Below, piece by piece: positions 59,918-64,000 of a stretch of 64,000 nt of DNA. The DNA is taken from NCBI GenBank assembly GCA_021513715.1, contig CP084167.1:2496001-2560000 (forward strand). The letters are read 5' to 3'. Position numbers and translations under genes: made by a program. Origin of the DNA: Candidatus Heimdallarchaeum endolithica (GTDB taxonomy: Archaea; Asgardarchaeota; Heimdallarchaeia; Heimdallarchaeales; Heimdallarchaeaceae). The notes below the pieces were generated by a model, which was given only the letters and a program-made list of their open reading frames with translations, searched no databases and had not been told where the DNA came from. The number at the start of each line of letters is the position of its first letter. Within the stretch, counting starts at the first letter, position 1.

Positions 59918-60733
59918 TTATCTGTCCTCCTTCATCATAATTCTTGCTCCCACTCTAGCCAATGCAAAAAGAATCGTACTTATTATAATAATAAAAACAG
60001 CAACTGGTTTAGCTGCACTTATTCCTTGAGAGTTATATAAGTCAAAAACAATTACTGGTGCTGATAAAGGATAATAAGCCATGAATACCACTGCACCAAA
60101 CTCGGAAGCTGCTCTCGCCCAACATAAGATGGTGCTAGCCAAAATACTTTTTCTTGCTTGAGGAAAAACAACTTTTCTAAATGTTGTGAAAGAGGAAGCC
60201 CCTAATATGTGAGAAAATATCTCAAAGTCAGGATCTATAAGGTCGAATGTTTCTCTCGCCCCTTGTATTAAAATTGGTGCACTAACAAATAATTGAGCAA
60301 TAATTATTCCTAAAATTGATCTTGTAAATATAGTTCCATACTCTGAAGGAAAAATTTGACCGATTAATCCATATCTGCCAAAAACTGATAATAACGCGAT
60401 ACCAGCTACACTATGGGGAAGAGCTAAAGGTAGGTCTACTAATGTGATTAGAATATTTTTTCCTATAAACTGCTTCCTTGCAAAAATGTATCCTAAACTA
60501 ACCCCAAAAAATATTGAGATAATTGATGTAATTGTAGCTGTGAAGAAAGTTGTTAGTATTGCAAGTTGAACTTTCTCAATCTTTAGTATCTCAAAAATAG
60601 TCTGTGGTTTTTCTGAAAAAACTATCCACAAAATAGGAATTACTAAAAGAAAAAGAGCTAACATACATAATAGGTAAAGGATAATATAAAAAAGAGATAT
60701 TTTTTTAGTAAAATTTTTTATCTTTACTCTCAT
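59918..60733 (-). CDS. wtpB: Tungstate/molybdate ABC transporter permease
   Basis: DLPLALPHSVAGIALL, WARAASEFGAV. Confidence 0.9.
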   Translation of the reverse strand: MRVKIKNFTKKISLFYIILYLLCMLALFLLVIPILWIVFSEKPQTIFEILKIEKVQLAILTTFFTATITSIISIFFGVSLGYIFARKQFIGKNILITLVDLPLALPHSVAGIALLSVFGRYGLIGQIFPSEYGTIFTRSILGIIIAQLFVSAPILIQGARETFDLIDPDFEIFSHILGASSFTTFRKVVFPQARKSILASTILCWARAASEFGAVVFMAYYPLSAPVIVFDLYNSQGISAAKPVAVFIIIISTILFALARVGARIMMKEDR

Positions 60734-60736
60734 GTT

Positions 60737-61756
60737 TTACAGCTCAATGTTAGCTATAACTTTATCTTTTAATTTTTCTGGTAATAAACCTTTGTCTCTT
60801 GTTTGTGGAGGATCAATGACTGGTTGGTAAGCTTGTTCGCTAATTATTTTTAATCCTTCATTCGAAAGAACAAAAATTACAAAATCAATTGCTTCTTGAT
60901 AATGTGGAGCATTATTTGGGATTGTTAGTCCATACCATATTGCTTTTCCTGTTTTTGCTGTAATATCTGCTCCTGTTGCATTCGCAATATCTCCTGTTAA
61001 TGAGTTGAAGTAAACTGTCGCTTTGCCATAATAATCGTTAAAAGATTGATTCGCTAGATTGATGTAATCATTTAATTTAATATAGGATAAATTATATTGA
61101 AGAGCCATACTTTCATACAGAAAAGCATAGTCTATTTCTCCAATCTGTAATGGACCCACAAGTTGAGCTTCGTTGCTTGCCCAAGGGCTTTTGAGTGTAG
61201 GGTGATTTACATAGTTGTCCCAAAGACTACTATCATTATAGAAGAATGAAGCAAGTTTAATAGTAATGAGTGTTCTATATCCACATGGGTCATCTGCAGG
61301 ATTCGACCTTGCTGTTATTACAGAAGATTGATTTGCATATAAATACCAATTTGTTTCATTAATATTAGATGAAAATTGGCTTTTTGGAGTGTAAGCTAAA
61401 ACTATCGCATTTCTAGCAAAAACAATACTCCAATTCGCCCATTTTGGTTCGGTTTCGACCATCATAGTGTCGATTAGTTTGTAATCAGAACTAAAAAGAA
61501 TGTCAGCTAATCTTCCTTCTTCTGTTATTTTTCTAATTGAAGCTGCACTACCTGCAGATTCATGTTCGATAATGATATTAGGATGTAGTTTTTCATATGC
61601 TTCTGATAGTTTTTCTATAGGATAACTTAAACTTCCAGCATGAAAAACGACAAGATGTGTTTTTTTGTCTCGTAAAAAAATCATACTAGCTGAAAAAACG
61701 AAAGCAACAATTAAAAGACTAATTAAGACTTGAACAATAATCTTTTTTTTATTCAT
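60737..61756 (-). CDS. wtpA: Tungstate/molybdate ABC transporter substrate-binding protein
   Basis: FHAGSL, E.AGS, DPCGYRT, DYAFLYES; N-terminal anchor. Confidence 0.92.
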   Translation of the reverse strand: MNKKKIIVQVLISLLIVAFVFSASMIFLRDKKTHLVVFHAGSLSYPIEKLSEAYEKLHPNIIIEHESAGSAASIRKITEEGRLADILFSSDYKLIDTMMVETEPKWANWSIVFARNAIVLAYTPKSQFSSNINETNWYLYANQSSVITARSNPADDPCGYRTLITIKLASFFYNDSSLWDNYVNHPTLKSPWASNEAQLVGPLQIGEIDYAFLYESMALQYNLSYIKLNDYINLANQSFNDYYGKATVYFNSLTGDIANATGADITAKTGKAIWYGLTIPNNAPHYQEAIDFVIFVLSNEGLKIISEQAYQPVIDPPQTRDKGLLPEKLKDKVIANIEL

Positions 61757-61925
61757 TATCTTTCACTAATTTCTGTGTGTGGGATTTAAAAAAATGTTTG
61801 TAGGTATATGAATCTGTAAATTGAGCTTCAGAGTAATTTAATTCTTGTAGGGGTTTAGTTGCTATTTTTTGCCTACAGCAATTGTTTTATGTTTATAAAG
61901 AAAATGTGACTTTTGGTGGTAGTTT

Positions 61926-63287
61926 ATGTCAAATCATGTTTTCAGAAAAAATAGAGCTGTAAGCCCTGTTATTGCTACCGTTTTAATTATTGCTCTTGTA
62001 ATTGCTGCTGTTGCAGTTGTATGGTTAGTTGTGATGCTGATGCTTCAACTCAGCGACAGCTTACTAGCTGGTTATCCTAGTTTTAGTGATGAAAATCAAA
62101 ACTACTTTTATGATCAAATCACAATTCTAATTACTAATTCTGGTACAAAAAACATTGTTCCTAAAGCTCTTCTTATTCAAAACAGTGATTCTGGTATTGA
62201 TTTAAGATGGAATTTTACTGTTCAATCTCGTACGCTTATTCCAGGAACTGGAGATGAATTTCATGCTCAAGCTGTAGAAAATGTTACTGAATTGGTTGGC
62301 GGGATAAATGTAGACCTTTATGTTGCTTACACTTTAGACTCAAGTACAGGTTCAGAAAAGGAGTGGACATTAACTTTAGGATTTTATCTTCCAATACTTG
62401 TTAATGCAAGTGCTGACATTTTTCAACCTCTCCAATATAGAACTTCTACAGATGATTCTTCCACTAGTAGAGGTACTTTTCCTGGTCCTGGTTATTCTCC
62501 TCACAAATGGTTCATTTTAGGTCGTTTTATCCCAGGAACAAGTTCAAGTTCTGCTAATATGCAAGTTGATTACATAGAAGCTAGTGGTTATGCTAATGAG
62601 ACTACATACCGCCCCTATTTGAATTCTGGAGATACTTTCAACACTAACATTGGCACAGAAACGAATAATAGTTTTGTTGCTTATTTAGATGTTGGTAACC
62701 AAATAGGTTTGATAGATTTTATTGGTGGTTCTAGCTCAAGATTTGATCGAGGAGATACATTGAATTGGGATTCAAGAGGAATTGTTTATGCTGTAACATG
62801 CATCAATAATCCAAAATCGACTTCTGCAACTGTTGGTATTGCATGCCAATCTGACGACGATTTTTATCTGTGGGTAAATGGAGAGCTTGTTATTGACAGC
62901 TTTGCCGATTCTTTAAGTTGGAATGAATGGAGTGCTCTAAAAAACATCACCTTAACTCCAGGATTAAATTATATTCTAGTAAAAAGTGGGGATAGAGGAG
63001 GAAATTGGGATGTTAATCTAATTCTTGTTGATATTGGTGATGATGATCTTGAAACATTTACATCTGTTTGGCCAACCAGCTCGCCATTGTTAACTAAAAT
63101 GAATTCAAAAATAATGAGAACAGAAAATACTTGTGAAACTGAAGAGCAAAAAAGTATAGATAACATTTACCAAAATAAAATAAAATTAACTAATGAATAT
63201 CGATGTGAAACTTATACTATTATCGGTACAATAAAACAACCTTTCGTTTATTCATTGATAAGAAGAGATGTACTATTTTATTTCTGA
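61926..63287 (+). CDS. Large type IV pilin/archaellin-like protein with PA14-like C-terminal domain
   Basis: Class III signal KNRA|VSPVIATVLII; SDDDFYLWVNGELVID...LTPGLNYILVK. Confidence 0.8.
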   Translation: MSNHVFRKNRAVSPVIATVLIIALVIAAVAVVWLVVMLMLQLSDSLLAGYPSFSDENQNYFYDQITILITNSGTKNIVPKALLIQNSDSGIDLRWNFTVQSRTLIPGTGDEFHAQAVENVTELVGGINVDLYVAYTLDSSTGSEKEWTLTLGFYLPILVNASADIFQPLQYRTSTDDSSTSRGTFPGPGYSPHKWFILGRFIPGTSSSSANMQVDYIEASGYANETTYRPYLNSGDTFNTNIGTETNNSFVAYLDVGNQIGLIDFIGGSSSRFDRGDTLNWDSRGIVYAVTCINNPKSTSATVGIACQSDDDFYLWVNGELVIDSFADSLSWNEWSALKNITLTPGLNYILVKSGDRGGNWDVNLILVDIGDDDLETFTSVWPTSSPLLTKMNSKIMRTENTCETEEQKSIDNIYQNKIKLTNEYRCETYTIIGTIKQPFVYSLIRRDVLFYF

Positions 63288-63304
63288 TTCTTTATTTTTT
63301 TTTA

Positions 63305-64000
63305 AAGCATGTCCAAAAATTAATTTTTATTAATGTGGGGGTTTATGTCGGAAGTATGAATTTCTTTCAGATCATAGACCCCCACAAAGCAAGAGAATTC
63401 ATAATCATTAATGAACCTTTCCTTAAGAAACTGGTGAAAGAGGAACCGAGAGAAAGCAAGAGAGGGAGAAAGAGAATAGCAGAAAGATGGGTGATACTGG
63501 CTTTAGCAATCATTGCTAGAATAGAAGGGATAGCTTGGAGGAAGTTAGAGGAAAAGTTGTCTTTATGCGATTTTTTGATAGAAGAGGGGTGGATGAAGAA
63601 GATTCCTTCTAAATCTACTTTTCATGCAGTGTGGAGAGCGACAGAAAGTAAAATCTTAGAGCAGTGGATAATAGATTTAGGTAGGGAAATAGTGAGGAAA
63701 AAAGGCTTGAAAGCTATGGCAGTGGATAGTTCAGGGTTTAAAATCCGTCAAGCTTCTGTTTGGCGTTTTCTCAAATGGTCAAGAGGGACACTAAAGAAAA
63801 CCTCTAAACTTTTCTGGAAGATACACCTTATAGTTGGTTTACCCTCTCGAGCTATAGTCTCTCTCGCTCATTCTGCTAGTAACACTCACGATAGTAAAGT
63901 CTTCGGTTTACTCTGGCAGAAACTTCCTTCTGCACTCTTGAGACCTTTCTTGCGATTTTATGGAGACTGTGCCTACTGGACAGAAAATATCGTGGGACTT
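63305..64000 (+). mobile_element. Left part of an IS5-family element (left boundary approximate)
   Basis: Transposase ORF and a rise in GC after the T-tract that follows the pilin gene. The right IR is outside the window, so the end cannot be fixed. Confidence 0.7.
63356..64000 (+). CDS. IS5-family DDE transposase, truncated by window end (not in ORF track)
   Basis: Open from ATG 63356: RGRK, IPSKSTF, AVDSSG, KIHL, HD, YGDCAY. Confidence 0.88.
   Translation, partial: MNFFQIIDPHKAREFIIINEPFLKKLVKEEPRESKRGRKRIAERWVILALAIIARIEGIAWRKLEEKLSLCDFLIEEGWMKKIPSKSTFHAVWRATESKILEQWIIDLGREIVRKKGLKAMAVDSSGFKIRQASVWRFLKWSRGTLKKTSKLFWKIHLIVGLPSRAIVSLAHSASNTHDSKVFGLLWQKLPSALLRPFLRFYGDCAYWTENIVGL

Noticed and set aside
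426-63166. Many short antisense or overlapping ORFs in the track (e.g. 426-767, 15953-16483, 30416-30823, 46209-46475)
   Set aside because: They overlap well-supported genes and have no recognisable motifs.

Overview
AT-rich archaeal chromosomal window, most likely from an Asgard archaeon. This is inferred from archaeal housekeeping genes plus roadblock, longin-like, V4R-like and small-GTPase genes; a Heimdallarchaeia-like identity is a guess. Most of the window is housekeeping: translation and tRNA modification (aEF-1beta, Pth2, TruD, Trm11-like, ArcS/RaSEA, Trm5, NcsA, L40e, pelota), DNA/RNA metabolism (Fen1, DnaG, Hjc, translin, NusA paralogue), lipid synthesis (UppS, GGPP synthase, GGR), flavin synthesis (RibK, RibL), Mo/W cofactor synthesis (moaABC, moeA, MOSC) and a tungstate ABC transporter. 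Features missing from the ORF track include two convergent intron-containing tRNA-Lys genes with homologous T-loop (59/60) introns, the SRP RNA, rpl40e, two small ORFs, a 110-bp MITE-like element, boundaries and target duplications for two complete IS elements, and a partial IS5-family element. The most striking unexplained signal is a local mirror-symmetric purine/pyrimidine strand inversion centred on the tRNA-Lys pair. It overrides gene direction and distorts protein composition, and the same purine-to-pyrimidine polarity appears inside all three IS elements. All compositional statements are by eye; nothing was computed or searched.
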